Positions 33,572 through 43,276 of a stretch of 44,645 nt of DNA are shown here, in pieces. Source of the stretch: an uncultured Syntrophobacterales bacterium. Lineage in GTDB: Bacteria > Desulfobacterota > BSN033 > WVXP01 > G020346125. The number at the start of each line of letters is the position of its first letter. The first letter of the stretch is position 1. A program made the translations under genes and the position numbers. The stretch covers positions 1 to 44,645 of the forward strand of contig CAYFXP010000190.1 of the NCBI GenBank assembly GCA_964346935.1, in the 5' to 3' direction. The notes below the pieces were generated by a model, which was not told the origin of the DNA, searched no databases, and worked only from the letters and a program-made list of their open reading frames with translations.

Positions 33572-34453
33572 ATGTCTGCAAAAAACATGATGGGCATAGA
33601 TGGTCATCCCGAAAAGTGGGTGAGGGAGAGGATTAAGGGTTTTATCGCGGCAAGGGAGATCAATAGATTGGCCTTGGATGGGGGTGTAATCTACGACGAA
33701 CCCCTGGTAGGTTTTGCGCGAGGGGACGACCCCCTCTTCAGGAGGTACAAACAGGTCATCGGGAAATTTCACTGTACTCCCCTGGAATGGATGAAGCTAG
33801 CGTTAGGGAGGGAATTCCCTGCAGACCTTCGGGCCAGGGATCTGAGGGTGATTGCATGGGTACTCCCCATTACGGAGCCAACGAGAAAGGAAAACCGGCG
33901 GAAGAAGAAAGCCACATCCCGGCGGTGGGCCCATACCCGGCTCTACGGGGAAGAGTGCAACGAACGCCTCAGGAGATACATGGTCTCCACGCTCGAGGCG
34001 GAGGGGTATCTGGCTCTCGCGCCTTTTCAAAGTAAGTTCTTTTCAACGCTGAGGGATAGCCGGGTCGGGCATACATCCAACTGGTCGGAACGCCATGCAG
34101 CCTACGCCGCCGGGCTTGGAACCTTTGGCCTCTCCGACGGGCTCATAACCCCTAGGGGAAAGGCAATGCGCTGCGGCAGCGTCATCACAGATCTCCCGTT
34201 GAAGCCGACACCACTTCCCTATAGAGGCAGAGGGGATTATTGCCTCTTTCATCGGAAGGGAACGTGTATGAAATGCGTCGGTCGCTGCCCCGTGGGAGCT
34301 ATCACGGAAATGGGACATGATAAAGATGCGTGCAGGGCGTTCGTCTTCGACAAGATGACCCCCTACATAAAGAAAACCTTTGAAATCGACATTCATGCTT
34401 GCGGGCTCTGCCAGACCGGAGTTCCGTGTGAATCCCGAATTCCCGTTCGATAG
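33572..34453 (+). CDS. Fe-S protein of the epoxyqueuosine reductase (QueG)/reductive dehalogenase-like superfamily
   Basis: Two ferredoxin-like Cys groups near the C-terminus (C-x8-CMKCVGRCPVGA and ACGLCQTGVPCE). Start taken at ATG 33572 after AGGAAGAAGA. The upstream part of the track ORF is repeat-derived. Confidence 0.6.
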   Translation: MSAKNMMGIDGHPEKWVRERIKGFIAAREINRLALDGGVIYDEPLVGFARGDDPLFRRYKQVIGKFHCTPLEWMKLALGREFPADLRARDLRVIAWVLPITEPTRKENRRKKKATSRRWAHTRLYGEECNERLRRYMVSTLEAEGYLALAPFQSKFFSTLRDSRVGHTSNWSERHAAYAAGLGTFGLSDGLITPRGKAMRCGSVITDLPLKPTPLPYRGRGDYCLFHRKGTCMKCVGRCPVGAITEMGHDKDACRAFVFDKMTPYIKKTFEIDIHACGLCQTGVPCESRIPVR

Positions 34454-34530
34454 GTCCATGAGTGAAAACTTCAGTTACCCGAACTCTTGGAGAAAACCGT
34501 TTTCCCCGAGCGAAATTCAGATACCTAGGA

Positions 34531-34586
34531 ATTCGGAAAAGGAGCTCTGAGCGCGAATTATATTTTTTACGGCAACCGCTATCAGG
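34531..34586 (-). repeat. Copy of the repeat arm in inverted orientation
   Basis: ATTCGGAAAAGGAGCTCTGAGCGCGAATTATATTTTTTACGGCAACCGCT parallels 28-79 (CCGGAAAAACGAGCTCTGAGCGAAAGGAAGTTCGGGCAACGGTC) and 6560-6596. Extra TGAGCG/CGAGCG motifs occur at 34507-34513 and 34659-34666. Confidence 0.45.
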
Positions 34587-34719
34587 CAATCGGAGCGGCT
34601 GCAAACCCAGTTCTGAGTTGAGGGTAGCATAAACGATGGAATATTCGAAAAAATATGCTTGAGCGGCGAGGAGCGACTTTTCCGGAGATCTCAATAAAAG
34701 TAAAGAAAGGAGGCACGGA

Positions 34720-35385
34720 ATGAAAGAGGCAAGGGAAGATCCAGTGGGATTAGCTTATCAGTTTTTCCAGGCCAAGCAGGTTGAACGGACCAGGAAGGCA
34801 TTGGAGAAGAACGGTTTTGAATCCCTCTTCGTGCCGGATGCTCAATCGGCGGTAAAGGCCATCCTGGATATGATCCCAGATGGCGCAAGCGTGGGCATCG
34901 GTGGTTCGATGACGTTGACTCAAATCGGCTTCTTCCAGGGAATAAAAGGCCGTGCGGTGAACCTGATAAACCCCCTTGCCAAGGGTATTACTCCTGAAGA
35001 GGCAGATGAACTGCGCCGAAAGATCTTCTCATGCGATTACTTCCTCAGCGGCACCAACGCTATCACGGAGGAAGGCCAGCTATACAACGTAGATGCCACC
35101 GGAAACAGGGTTGCGGCCATGTTCTATGGCCCCAAGAAAACCATCGTCGTATGCGGGATCAATAAGATTACAAAAAATATGGATGAGGCCCGAAGGAGGG
35201 TTTGGAACCTGGCCGCGCCCATGAACGCCAAGCGCCTTGGCCGCAAAACACCGTGCGCTGAAACAGGGGTTTGTTCAGACTGCAATTCACCGGAAAGAAT
35301 CTGCAATATAGGCGTGGAGATAGTAAAGAAACCCACCCGGTCCGACATCCTGATACTTCTCGTTGGGGAACCACTGGGATTGTGA
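34720..35385 (+). CDS. LUD-domain (LutC/YkgG-like, DUF162) protein
   Basis: RBS AAAGGAGG upstream. GASVGIGGSMTL and SGTNAITEEGQLYNVD segments are typical of LUD-domain proteins. C-terminal Cys pair CAETGVCSDCNSPERIC. Confidence 0.75.
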   Translation: MKEAREDPVGLAYQFFQAKQVERTRKALEKNGFESLFVPDAQSAVKAILDMIPDGASVGIGGSMTLTQIGFFQGIKGRAVNLINPLAKGITPEEADELRRKIFSCDYFLSGTNAITEEGQLYNVDATGNRVAAMFYGPKKTIVVCGINKITKNMDEARRRVWNLAAPMNAKRLGRKTPCAETGVCSDCNSPERICNIGVEIVKKPTRSDILILLVGEPLGL

Positions 35386-35396
35386 GAACTAATACC

Positions 35397-36494
35397 TTAC
35401 GGGAGAATCACTACCTTGATGGCTTCCTCCCCCTCGATTTCCCCACCTACAAGACGGACTGCCATCTCAGCCTCTTCAAGGGGTAATCGGTGGGTCACCA
35501 TCTTTTCGATGGGGTATTTCCTCGATTCCGCCAGGGCAATGGCTGGAATCACGGACTTTATGTTGTGGCTGTATGCCCCTTGAACCCTGACCTCCTTAAA
35601 CACGATCTTATCCATCACAAGGGGAATCTCCTTATCCATGCCATACAATCCCGGAAGAATCACGGTCCCTCCCCTTCCAACGATATCGAGGGCTTTGATG
35701 GCGCCCTCCGGGTTACCAGTTACATCCATGACCACATCGGCCATTTTCCCAGCCGTGATTTCCCCCACCGCCTCCACTGCTTCCTCTTTTTCCACATCGA
35801 TACAGTGGGTTGCCCCAAATTCCCTGGCCAGGTCGAATCTCTTACGGTCCTTTGTCACCCCGGTAACGATGATGTTCAGTGCGCCGGATTCCCTGGCAAC
35901 GATGACTCCTGCCAATCCCTGCTGCCCTGGACCTTCAATGACCACAGTGTTGCCGATGGAAACCCCACCTATTGTCCGCAACCATCGGATGGCGTTCCCC
36001 AGAACGGCGCAAATCAGAACCGCTGCCTCCGGCGGCAGCATCTCGCTCACCTTATGAACCATGGCCCTGGGGGCAATATAGAGATACTCCCCATAAGCCC
36101 CCCACAGGTGGGGAGGCTCCTTGCACGAGATCATGTTCCCATACGTAAGGAAGGACTCGCATTGGCCATAGTTTCCCGTGATGCAGGGGTAACACTGACC
36201 ACAGCCGAATGCGTATTCGATGATCACCCGATCGCCCACCTTAACCCCGTGTCTCTTGGCGGCGACATCCCCGATCTCCTCGATACGCCCGACAATCTCG
36301 TGGCCCATGATGATGGGATATGGTCGAGGACCCCTGCTCGCCTTTCCGCGATACATGCCTGGATCCGATCCGCAAACACCGGCCATCTCGACCTTGAGAA
36401 GTCCGTCCTCGGGTCCTATATGGGGAAGGTCGAACTCCCACATGGACATCTTCCCCGGGGCTTCCAGAACCATAGAGCGTGTTTTTTTGGACAT
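35397..36494 (-). CDS. Zinc-dependent medium-chain alcohol/polyol dehydrogenase
   Basis: GVCGSD, GHEIVGRIEEIG, the structural-zinc motif CGQCYPCITGNYGQC, and the Rossmann segment VIEGPGQQGL. Confidence 0.88.
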   Translation of the reverse strand: MSKKTRSMVLEAPGKMSMWEFDLPHIGPEDGLLKVEMAGVCGSDPGMYRGKASRGPRPYPIIMGHEIVGRIEEIGDVAAKRHGVKVGDRVIIEYAFGCGQCYPCITGNYGQCESFLTYGNMISCKEPPHLWGAYGEYLYIAPRAMVHKVSEMLPPEAAVLICAVLGNAIRWLRTIGGVSIGNTVVIEGPGQQGLAGVIVARESGALNIIVTGVTKDRKRFDLAREFGATHCIDVEKEEAVEAVGEITAGKMADVVMDVTGNPEGAIKALDIVGRGGTVILPGLYGMDKEIPLVMDKIVFKEVRVQGAYSHNIKSVIPAIALAESRKYPIEKMVTHRLPLEEAEMAVRLVGGEIEGEEAIKVVILP

Positions 36495-36708
36495 TCGAAT
36501 TGCCCCGCGCCTTAAATTTCCTCCGCCTCAGGCGGATCATCCGTGTCAAAAGCTATTATCCAGAAAAAAGATCACCTCCTTCTATCTCCCTCATTCTCGA
36601 CACCTTTGTCAAGCCTAAACCCGAGGTCGAATCATTGCTTATTCGGTTTTCCTTCGATAAAATAGAAGAGTAGCAACGCGAATGTACAAACGATGAAAGG
36701 AGAAGCCC

Positions 36709-36870
36709 ATGTGCCCTCGCTGTCAGGCCGAGCTAAAACGCTGGGATGATCTGGAAAGGGAAGAACAAGATCGCGTTAGAGAGCTTCCCAACCGGGATGC
36801 CCAGTCAATCGATCACCGTATGGCCAAGCACCTATCTTGCCCCACTTGTTTCTATGAAGCTCACGGGTGA
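36709..36870 (+). CDS. Small zinc-ribbon protein (53 aa), not in the supplied ORF track
   Basis: My own translation is MCPRCQAELKRWDDLEREEQDRVRELPNRDAQSIDHRMAKHLSCPTCFYEAHG. It has CxxC...CxxC. GAAAGGAG (36695-36702) lies 6 nt before the ATG. Confidence 0.5.
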   Translation: MCPRCQAELKRWDDLEREEQDRVRELPNRDAQSIDHRMAKHLSCPTCFYEAHG

Positions 36871-37011
36871 ATGTCACCCTATGTATGAGTAGGTCTACTC
36901 GTATTTCTAATGTCTGATACCATATTTTATCACTTCTCAATTCTCTCCTAAAGAAATTGCTCCTTTAGACCTTGATCTATCTCCGCTCACAACGTAAAAT
37001 CGCTACCGCCA

Positions 37012-38337
37012 TTGAAAAAAAGTGACCCAACCACGATGAGGACGAGAGCCATATCCCGAAAAGGGAAACGGTGGGCTATCTTCGGGATACTATCGTCGAT
37101 GTACATCGTTTCCATGTTTTACCGGGTTTCCACCGCCGTCATTGCCCGGGAGTTGGTCCAAGACTTGGGGTTGAGCGCCGAGGCCCTGGGACTATTGGGA
37201 GGGGCATTCTTCTATTCCTTCGCTGTTGTTCAGGTGCCCATGGGAACGGCTCTCGACCGGGTTGGTCCCCGTATCATAATTGCCACGCTCCCGTTGCTGA
37301 CTGCCTTAGGGGCGTTTCTCTTCGCCATTTCCGAAAGCTTCGCCTTGGCTTTTGCTGCCCGGCTTTTGATGGGAATGGGTATGGCGTGCGTGCTGATGGG
37401 TACATTCAAGGCCCTCACCGCTTGGTTCACGCCGGATGAGTTCGCCACTATGATCGGTTTGACCTATTCGGTGGGGACACTGGGAAACATTCTGGGCGCC
37501 TCCCCTCTGGCATGTATGGCCTCCCTCTTTGGATGGAGGATCTCCTTCGTCATCATCGGAATAGCCACGATCCTACTATGCACCATGGTTTTCAAGGTAG
37601 TAAGGGATCGCCCTGAAAGCCCAAAAGAGGGCCGGGTTGCAGGAACCGCATCGGAGCAAACAGACCATATCCCCATAATCCTCTCCCTGAGGATGATCTT
37701 CAGAAGCCTCGCCTTCTGGCAGATAGCAACGGCCGGCTTCTTCCGGTACGGGACGTTCGTTGCCATACAGGGGTTATGGGCAGGTCCTTACCTGATGGAG
37801 GTCTTGGGTTACTCCCCCATTAAGACGGGAAATATCTTGTTGATGATGTCCTTGGGTGGTATCATCGGGGCCCCTATAGGGGGCAGGCTCTCCGACAGGG
37901 TGCTCCGTTCGAGGAAAAAGGTCGTGATCTTAGGGATGTTCGCCTATGCCGTAGGAATCCTCTTTCTCACCGGCTCGACCCGCATTGCCGGGGAAGTATT
38001 TTACTATGGGCTTTTCTTTTCGCTGGGCTTTTCCATGGGCTTTGGAATGGTGGCCTTTTCCCACATCAAGGAGCTCTTCGATACTCGGATGGCCGCCACT
38101 GCTATGACGGCCATCAACTTCTTCACCATGATGGGTGCGGCGATTTTCATGCAGGGGATGGGCAAGGTCATCGAGATATTCCCAAGGGTTGGAGGAATCT
38201 ATCCGCCACGAGCTTACCATATGGCCTTTTTATCATGCCTTTTGGGAATGGGCATAGCAACAGTCTTTTACGCTTTTTCAAGGGATACCAGGCCCTCGGA
38301 TGTTCCGAGCATTGAGATGGACAATGGCCAACCATGA
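37012..38337 (+). CDS. MFS transporter
   Basis: About 12 hydrophobic helices and an MFS loop motif GTALDRVGPR between TM2 and TM3. The start is TTG 37012 or ATG 37036. Confidence 0.85.
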   Translation: MKKSDPTTMRTRAISRKGKRWAIFGILSSMYIVSMFYRVSTAVIARELVQDLGLSAEALGLLGGAFFYSFAVVQVPMGTALDRVGPRIIIATLPLLTALGAFLFAISESFALAFAARLLMGMGMACVLMGTFKALTAWFTPDEFATMIGLTYSVGTLGNILGASPLACMASLFGWRISFVIIGIATILLCTMVFKVVRDRPESPKEGRVAGTASEQTDHIPIILSLRMIFRSLAFWQIATAGFFRYGTFVAIQGLWAGPYLMEVLGYSPIKTGNILLMMSLGGIIGAPIGGRLSDRVLRSRKKVVILGMFAYAVGILFLTGSTRIAGEVFYYGLFFSLGFSMGFGMVAFSHIKELFDTRMAATAMTAINFFTMMGAAIFMQGMGKVIEIFPRVGGIYPPRAYHMAFLSCLLGMGIATVFYAFSRDTRPSDVPSIEMDNGQP

Positions 38338-38376
38338 AGGGATACCGCACCATGGTCATAGTTTCCCTCAAAAACC

Positions 38377-38406
38377 TTGACAAACCTCCCCCTTATGTGA
38401 TGCAAT
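38377..38406 (+). promoter_or_regulatory. Possible sigma70-like promoter TTGACA-18 nt-TGCAAT
   Basis: TTGACA at 38377-38382 and TGCAAT at 38401-38406, ~30 nt before ATG 38434. Confidence 0.35.
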
Positions 38407-38433
38407 ATCGCCCCCAAGGACTGCCGTGCTGTT

Positions 38434-39411
38434 ATGAATGTCGAAGATAAGGTCATGGACCTTTCGGAGGCGATCCGTCGCTTCGTTCACGATGGGGATC
38501 ACGTCTCCATCGGTGGGTTCACCATTACGAGGAACCCCATGGCCCTGGCCTACGAGATCATACGGCAGGGGAAAAAAGGCCTTCACATTTATGTCCACTC
38601 CCACGGCCAGGCCTTCGATCTCCTTATCGGCGCGGGGTGCACCGATGCCATTGAGCTGAGCTACGGGGGCACTGCTCGGTTCTCCCCGGGAGGTGGTATA
38701 CGGTTCAAAAAGGCCATCGAGGGCGGTAAGATTCGCTTCGAGGATTACACCAATTTTCAGATGACCCTGAGGTTTTTAGGCGGGGCCATGGGGCTTCCCT
38801 TCATGCCCATCCGATCCCTGCGCGAAACCGACGTGGTCAAGAAGTGGGGTTTCGATGAGGAATTTCGAAAAATGAACGCCAGAATTCCCCCGAAGAAGGT
38901 GGCCGTGGTGGATAATCCCTTCGCCCACGATGGGAGGGAGGAAAAGATCGTGCTCGTCCCGGCCATCAATCCCGATGTGACCATCATCCATGTCCAACAG
39001 GTCGATCGCCAAGGCACCATCAGGATCAAGGGGTTGACCTATACCGATGTGGAACAGGCCAAGGCCGCCAAGTACTTAATCGTCTCCTGCGAGGAGCTCG
39101 TTGAGACTGAGGTGATTCGGGAGAACCCGGATCAGAACCAGATTCCCTTTTTCATGGTTGATGCCGTCGTCGTCGTTCCCTATGGCGCCCATCCTACGGC
39201 CTGCTACGGGTATTACGATTACGACCCGCTCCACTTCAACCTCTACAAGGAGATGGCGCCCGACGATGGGACATTTCGACAATACCTTGAGGAGTACGTT
39301 TTTGGGATTGGATCACACGAAGAATATCTCGAGAAAATCGGAAAGGATCACCTATCCCAAATCAGGGCGGACCCGAGACTGGGTTATCGGCCCGGGTTGG
39401 ACAGGAGGTAG
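38434..39411 (+). CDS. CoA-transferase subunit A (glutaconate CoA-transferase GctA-like)
   Basis: N-terminal DLSEAIRRFVHDGDHVSIGGF is typical of family I CoA-transferase alpha subunits. Length 325 aa. Confidence 0.85.
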   Translation: MNVEDKVMDLSEAIRRFVHDGDHVSIGGFTITRNPMALAYEIIRQGKKGLHIYVHSHGQAFDLLIGAGCTDAIELSYGGTARFSPGGGIRFKKAIEGGKIRFEDYTNFQMTLRFLGGAMGLPFMPIRSLRETDVVKKWGFDEEFRKMNARIPPKKVAVVDNPFAHDGREEKIVLVPAINPDVTIIHVQQVDRQGTIRIKGLTYTDVEQAKAAKYLIVSCEELVETEVIRENPDQNQIPFFMVDAVVVVPYGAHPTACYGYYDYDPLHFNLYKEMAPDDGTFRQYLEEYVFGIGSHEEYLEKIGKDHLSQIRADPRLGYRPGLDRR

Positions 39412-39413
39412 CG

Positions 39414-40178
39414 GTGCCTGAGTATTCCCTGCGGGAGATGATGATCCTGGCAGCGGCCAGGGAAATTCGAGACGGGGATATCGTCTTTTGCGGAACGGGG
39501 ATGTCCATGATTGCCGCTATGGCTGCCAAACATATCAGCGCCCCTTACAGCATCATCTTCTTCGAGACGGGGGGAGTCGATTCCCAGCTCTTGGAGCTCC
39601 CCTTCTCCGTGGGCGACCCCAGGGTAATGGTCGGAACGAGCATCAACGCGGGCCTGGCCGAGTCCTTCGGTATTCTGCAAAACCCGTTTACGGGGCCTCA
39701 GGTAGTTGGCATCTTCGGGGCGGCACAGATCGATCGGTACGGGAACCTCAATACCACCTGCATCGGGGATTACTGGCGTCCTAAGGCCCGCTTTCCCGGC
39801 TGTGGCGGGGCATGCGATGCCGCCTCCTACGCGGGGAGAACCATCATCTTCATGCAGCAGGAGAAGAGGAAGTTCGTGAAGAGTTTGGACTACCTATCTA
39901 CTCCTGGATGGATATTGGGGCCCGGGGGGCGGAAGGAGGCTGGTCTTCCAGAAGGGGGGCCAACCATGGTAATAACGGACATGGGGGTGATGCGCTTCGA
40001 CAACGAATCCAAGGAGATGTACCTCTCCAGCACCTATCCAGGTATTCGCCCTCAACAGATTCAGGACCAGATGGGGATTGAGATCGATTTGAACAGGGCG
40101 GAGGAGGAGAAGCCTCCGACGGAGGAGGAGTTGGCCCTCTTACGGGAGAGGATCGACCCCCAGAGGCTGATCATCTGA
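39414..40178 (+). CDS. CoA-transferase subunit B (GctB-like)
   Basis: GTG start 5 nt after AGGAGG. EMMILAAAREIRDGDIVFCGTGM, and the FFETGG segment (catalytic Glu context of beta subunits). Confidence 0.85.
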   Translation: MPEYSLREMMILAAAREIRDGDIVFCGTGMSMIAAMAAKHISAPYSIIFFETGGVDSQLLELPFSVGDPRVMVGTSINAGLAESFGILQNPFTGPQVVGIFGAAQIDRYGNLNTTCIGDYWRPKARFPGCGGACDAASYAGRTIIFMQQEKRKFVKSLDYLSTPGWILGPGGRKEAGLPEGGPTMVITDMGVMRFDNESKEMYLSSTYPGIRPQQIQDQMGIEIDLNRAEEEKPPTEEELALLRERIDPQRLII

Positions 40179-40266
40179 CCTGGGGAGATCAAGGGTAAAG
40201 GGGGTGATAACCAAAGACCTTTGAAACAGGACAGACTACAAATTCCACGATCAAAAGGAGGGAGAG

Positions 40267-41247
40267 ATGAGAAAGATTGTTATCTTATTGGTAATCGGTG
40301 CTTTCACTCTCTGCCTAGCCACGGGGGCGATGGCGGAGTGGAAGCCGGAGAAGAAATTTCTCAAAATGGTCTCAGGCCCTGAAGGGGGCTCCTGGTATCC
40401 CCTGGGATCGGGGATAATGCGCCTGGTCGAGGCCAACATCAAGGGCATCTCGACATCCAATGGCCCGGGAGGTGGCGTGGGAAACTGCAAAGTCGTCCAG
40501 AGGGGAGATGCCGATCTGGGATGGAGCTATTCACACACGTCCTTCGATGCGTACAATGGTCGTTCTCCCTTCAAGAAGAAGCTGACTAAGGTCCGTTACC
40601 TGGCCTCCCTCTATCCGGGCGTTTTTCAGACGGCCGTGCCTCAAAGTAGCAAAATCTTTTCTTATGCCGACCTGGCCGATAAACGAATCGTCCCCGGAAA
40701 GGTAGGATTTTCCGGCGAAGTGGCGGGCAAGTCAGTGCTGGAAATATACGGCATCACCTATGACAGCATCAAGAAGAAGGGTGGGGTTGTTAATTACGTG
40801 GGCTATTCGGATGCCGCAGCCCTCATGAAGGACGGACACCTGGACGCGGCTATGTTCTTGACATCCTGCCCTCAGGCGACCATTATCGACCTCAACTTCA
40901 GGCCAGGCATCAGGTTGCTTCCCGTCGACAAGAAGCACATGAAGAAACTCCTGAAGAAGTATCCCGGTTACATGACGACGGTGATTCCGAAGGGGGCGTA
41001 CGAGGGGGTGACGAAGGATATCCTCACCATTGGCACGGTAACCTCCCTCATCTGTTCGGCCGATCTCTCCGACGAGATGGTCTACCGGATCACCAAGGCC
41101 ATCTTCGAGAACCTGCCTGAGTTGGCCAAGATCAAGAAGAAGGCCATCGCCAATGTGAGCCTGGAAAATGGTCTCAGGGGGTGTAAGATTCCCGTTCACC
41201 CCGGAGCCAAGCGTTACTACGACGAACATGGGGTAAAGGTAAAGTAA
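40267..41247 (+). CDS. TAXI-family TRAP transporter solute-binding protein
   Basis: Signal peptide, then GPEGGSWYPLGSGI and C-terminal HPGAKRYYDEHG, both typical of TAXI receptors. Confidence 0.88.
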   Translation: MRKIVILLVIGAFTLCLATGAMAEWKPEKKFLKMVSGPEGGSWYPLGSGIMRLVEANIKGISTSNGPGGGVGNCKVVQRGDADLGWSYSHTSFDAYNGRSPFKKKLTKVRYLASLYPGVFQTAVPQSSKIFSYADLADKRIVPGKVGFSGEVAGKSVLEIYGITYDSIKKKGGVVNYVGYSDAAALMKDGHLDAAMFLTSCPQATIIDLNFRPGIRLLPVDKKHMKKLLKKYPGYMTTVIPKGAYEGVTKDILTIGTVTSLICSADLSDEMVYRITKAIFENLPELAKIKKKAIANVSLENGLRGCKIPVHPGAKRYYDEHGVKVK

Positions 41248-41273
41248 ACCGAGGATACCCTATCGGATTGGAC

Positions 41274-41302
41274 GGAGGGGGAGATCATGAATTTCCCCCT
41301 CC
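41274..41302 (+). other. Intercistronic stem-loop between the binding-protein and permease genes
   Basis: GGAGGGGGA (41274-41282), an 11-nt loop, then TCCCCCTCC (41294-41302). This is a 9-bp GC-rich stem followed by TCCTTCTG. Confidence 0.5.
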
Positions 41303-41331
41303 TCCTTCTGTAAAGGGGGAAAGCAGGGTTT

Positions 41332-43266
41332 ATGGCGGAAAGAGGGGAAGTGACGTATAAGGAGGTAAGGGATGAGACAGCACTGGAGTGGTTTCTTCGA
41401 CAGGAGGGACTGAGCCCTCATCTCATCATCGCCATCATCATCGCGGGGACGGGGATCGCGTTGTCCCTTTATCACCTGTTTACGGGATATGCGGGACCCG
41501 TGGAGGCCCATTCCTTCAGGTCGACCCACCTGGCTCTCATCATGATTTTGGCCTTCTTCTTCCGCCCGCTAGGGAGGAAGTCCTGGAGGGACCCCATCCG
41601 GTGGACCTTTTACGTGGATATGCTTCTCATCCTCTTGATCGTTGCCATTGAGGTCTACACCCTTTACGACATCGAGCAGTTCATCTGGCGCCGGGGAGAC
41701 CTTACGAACTGGGACATCTGGGCTGGAACCATATTGATCATCTTACTCCTTGAGGCCACCCGTCGGGTTGTGGGCTGGGCCATGGTCATCATCGCCTCCT
41801 TTTTTCTCATACAAACGAGATTCTCGGATCACTTCTTCGGTATCCTCTACGGGCCCCCCAATTCCTGGTTCACCATCGTCGACTACATCTTCATGCGGGA
41901 GAACGGCATCTACGGAATTCCCATCATGGTCATGGCCACCTACATCTTCCTTTTCATCCTCTTCGGTTCAATCCTGATTCGTTCGGGAGCCGGAAGGTTC
42001 TTCATCAACCTGGCCCTTGCCGTTACAGGCCACCGGTTGGGGGGGCCGGCAAAGGCATCCATCGTCTCCAGCGCCCTGATGGCCACGGTCTCGGGCAGCG
42101 CCGTGGCCAACGTGGTCACCACGGGCTCTTTCACCATTCCCCTGATGAAGAAGGTGGGATACCGACCCCATTTTGCCGGCGCTGTGGAGGCCTGCGCCTC
42201 CAGCGGAGGTCAGATCATGCCACCGGTCATGGGGGCGGCGGCCTTCATCATCGCCGAATTCCTGGCCGTCCCGTACCTCAAGGTTTGCGTGGCGGCTATG
42301 GTACCGGCAACCCTCTACTTCTTCTCCATCTTCGTCATGGTCCATTTCGAAGCCATAAAGACGGGCTTGAGTGCGCTCCCGAAAGCGGACCTGCCGAATT
42401 TCTGGCAGGAGATGAAGTGGGGATGGCCTCTGTTGATCTCCATTCTGGTGATCATCGGCGTTCTCATTTGGGGGAAAACCCCCATGTACGCGGCCTTTCT
42501 CGCCATCCTCTCCGTGTTGGGTCTGAGCTTCTTGAGGCCCGAAACCCGGATGTCGCCCGTTGGAATCCTAAGCGCCCTGGAGGACGGGGCAACCAAGTCC
42601 ATTCCCGTCTCCGTGGCCTGTGCCTGCGCGGGCATCATCATCGGGTGCGTCTTCGTTTCCGGCTTAGGCCTCAAGTTCACCAACCTGATTATCGATATTG
42701 CGGCGGGGAGGCTCTGGGTCGCCCTGGTACTCACCATGATCGCCGCCCTCATTCTGGGAATGGGACTGACGACGACGGCAGTATACATCACCGTGGCCGC
42801 CTTAGTCGTCCCATCCCTAGTGGAGATGGGGGTTGAGCCCATGGCCGCCCATCTCTTCGCCTTCTACTATGGGTTGGTTTCAGCCATCACCCCTCCCGTG
42901 GCCTTGGCCGCCTTTGCCGGGGCGGGAATTGCCCGTTCAAACCCTATGCAAACGGGGTTTTCCTCCTTCAGGCTGGGCTTCGCCAAGTACATCATACCCA
43001 TTGTCTTCGTCTATGTCCCCGGGCTGGTACTCGTGGGGACACCCTTGGATATTCTCCGATATATCCTTATGGCGTTCATAGGGATTTTCTCCCTCACCAT
43101 CGCCACGGAGGGCTGGCTGTACCGAAGCGTGAATGTTTTTTGGCGGATTGCCATGATACCAATCTCCTTCATGATTTTGATGCCGCAATTGCGATACAAC
43201 GTAGTGGGCATCGCCATGCTGGCGGGTTTTATCGTCTATGAGAAATTGAGGGGCAAAACGGATTAG
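41332..43266 (+). CDS. TRAP transporter fused permease (TAXI-associated DctQM-type)
   Basis: 644 aa and highly hydrophobic throughout, immediately downstream of the TAXI receptor. Confidence 0.88.
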   Translation: MAERGEVTYKEVRDETALEWFLRQEGLSPHLIIAIIIAGTGIALSLYHLFTGYAGPVEAHSFRSTHLALIMILAFFFRPLGRKSWRDPIRWTFYVDMLLILLIVAIEVYTLYDIEQFIWRRGDLTNWDIWAGTILIILLLEATRRVVGWAMVIIASFFLIQTRFSDHFFGILYGPPNSWFTIVDYIFMRENGIYGIPIMVMATYIFLFILFGSILIRSGAGRFFINLALAVTGHRLGGPAKASIVSSALMATVSGSAVANVVTTGSFTIPLMKKVGYRPHFAGAVEACASSGGQIMPPVMGAAAFIIAEFLAVPYLKVCVAAMVPATLYFFSIFVMVHFEAIKTGLSALPKADLPNFWQEMKWGWPLLISILVIIGVLIWGKTPMYAAFLAILSVLGLSFLRPETRMSPVGILSALEDGATKSIPVSVACACAGIIIGCVFVSGLGLKFTNLIIDIAAGRLWVALVLTMIAALILGMGLTTTAVYITVAALVVPSLVEMGVEPMAAHLFAFYYGLVSAITPPVALAAFAGAGIARSNPMQTGFSSFRLGFAKYIIPIVFVYVPGLVLVGTPLDILRYILMAFIGIFSLTIATEGWLYRSVNVFWRIAMIPISFMILMPQLRYNVVGIAMLAGFIVYEKLRGKTD

Positions 43267-43276
43267 AGGAGTTCAG

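Noticed and set aside
35490-36515. 341-aa plus-strand ORF opposite the Zn-ADH gene
   Set aside because: It is an antisense shadow of a gene with complete MDR-ADH zinc and Rossmann motifs. The translation is H/P/G-rich and family-less.
36581-36593. Perfect Shine-Dalgarno-like AAGGAGGTGATC on the minus strand upstream of the ADH gene
   Set aside because: No ATG, GTG or TTG lies within 5-12 nt downstream. The nearest start (TTG 36549) opens an ORF that overlaps the ADH start out of frame and has no family. It is probably a chance sequence or a leader element.
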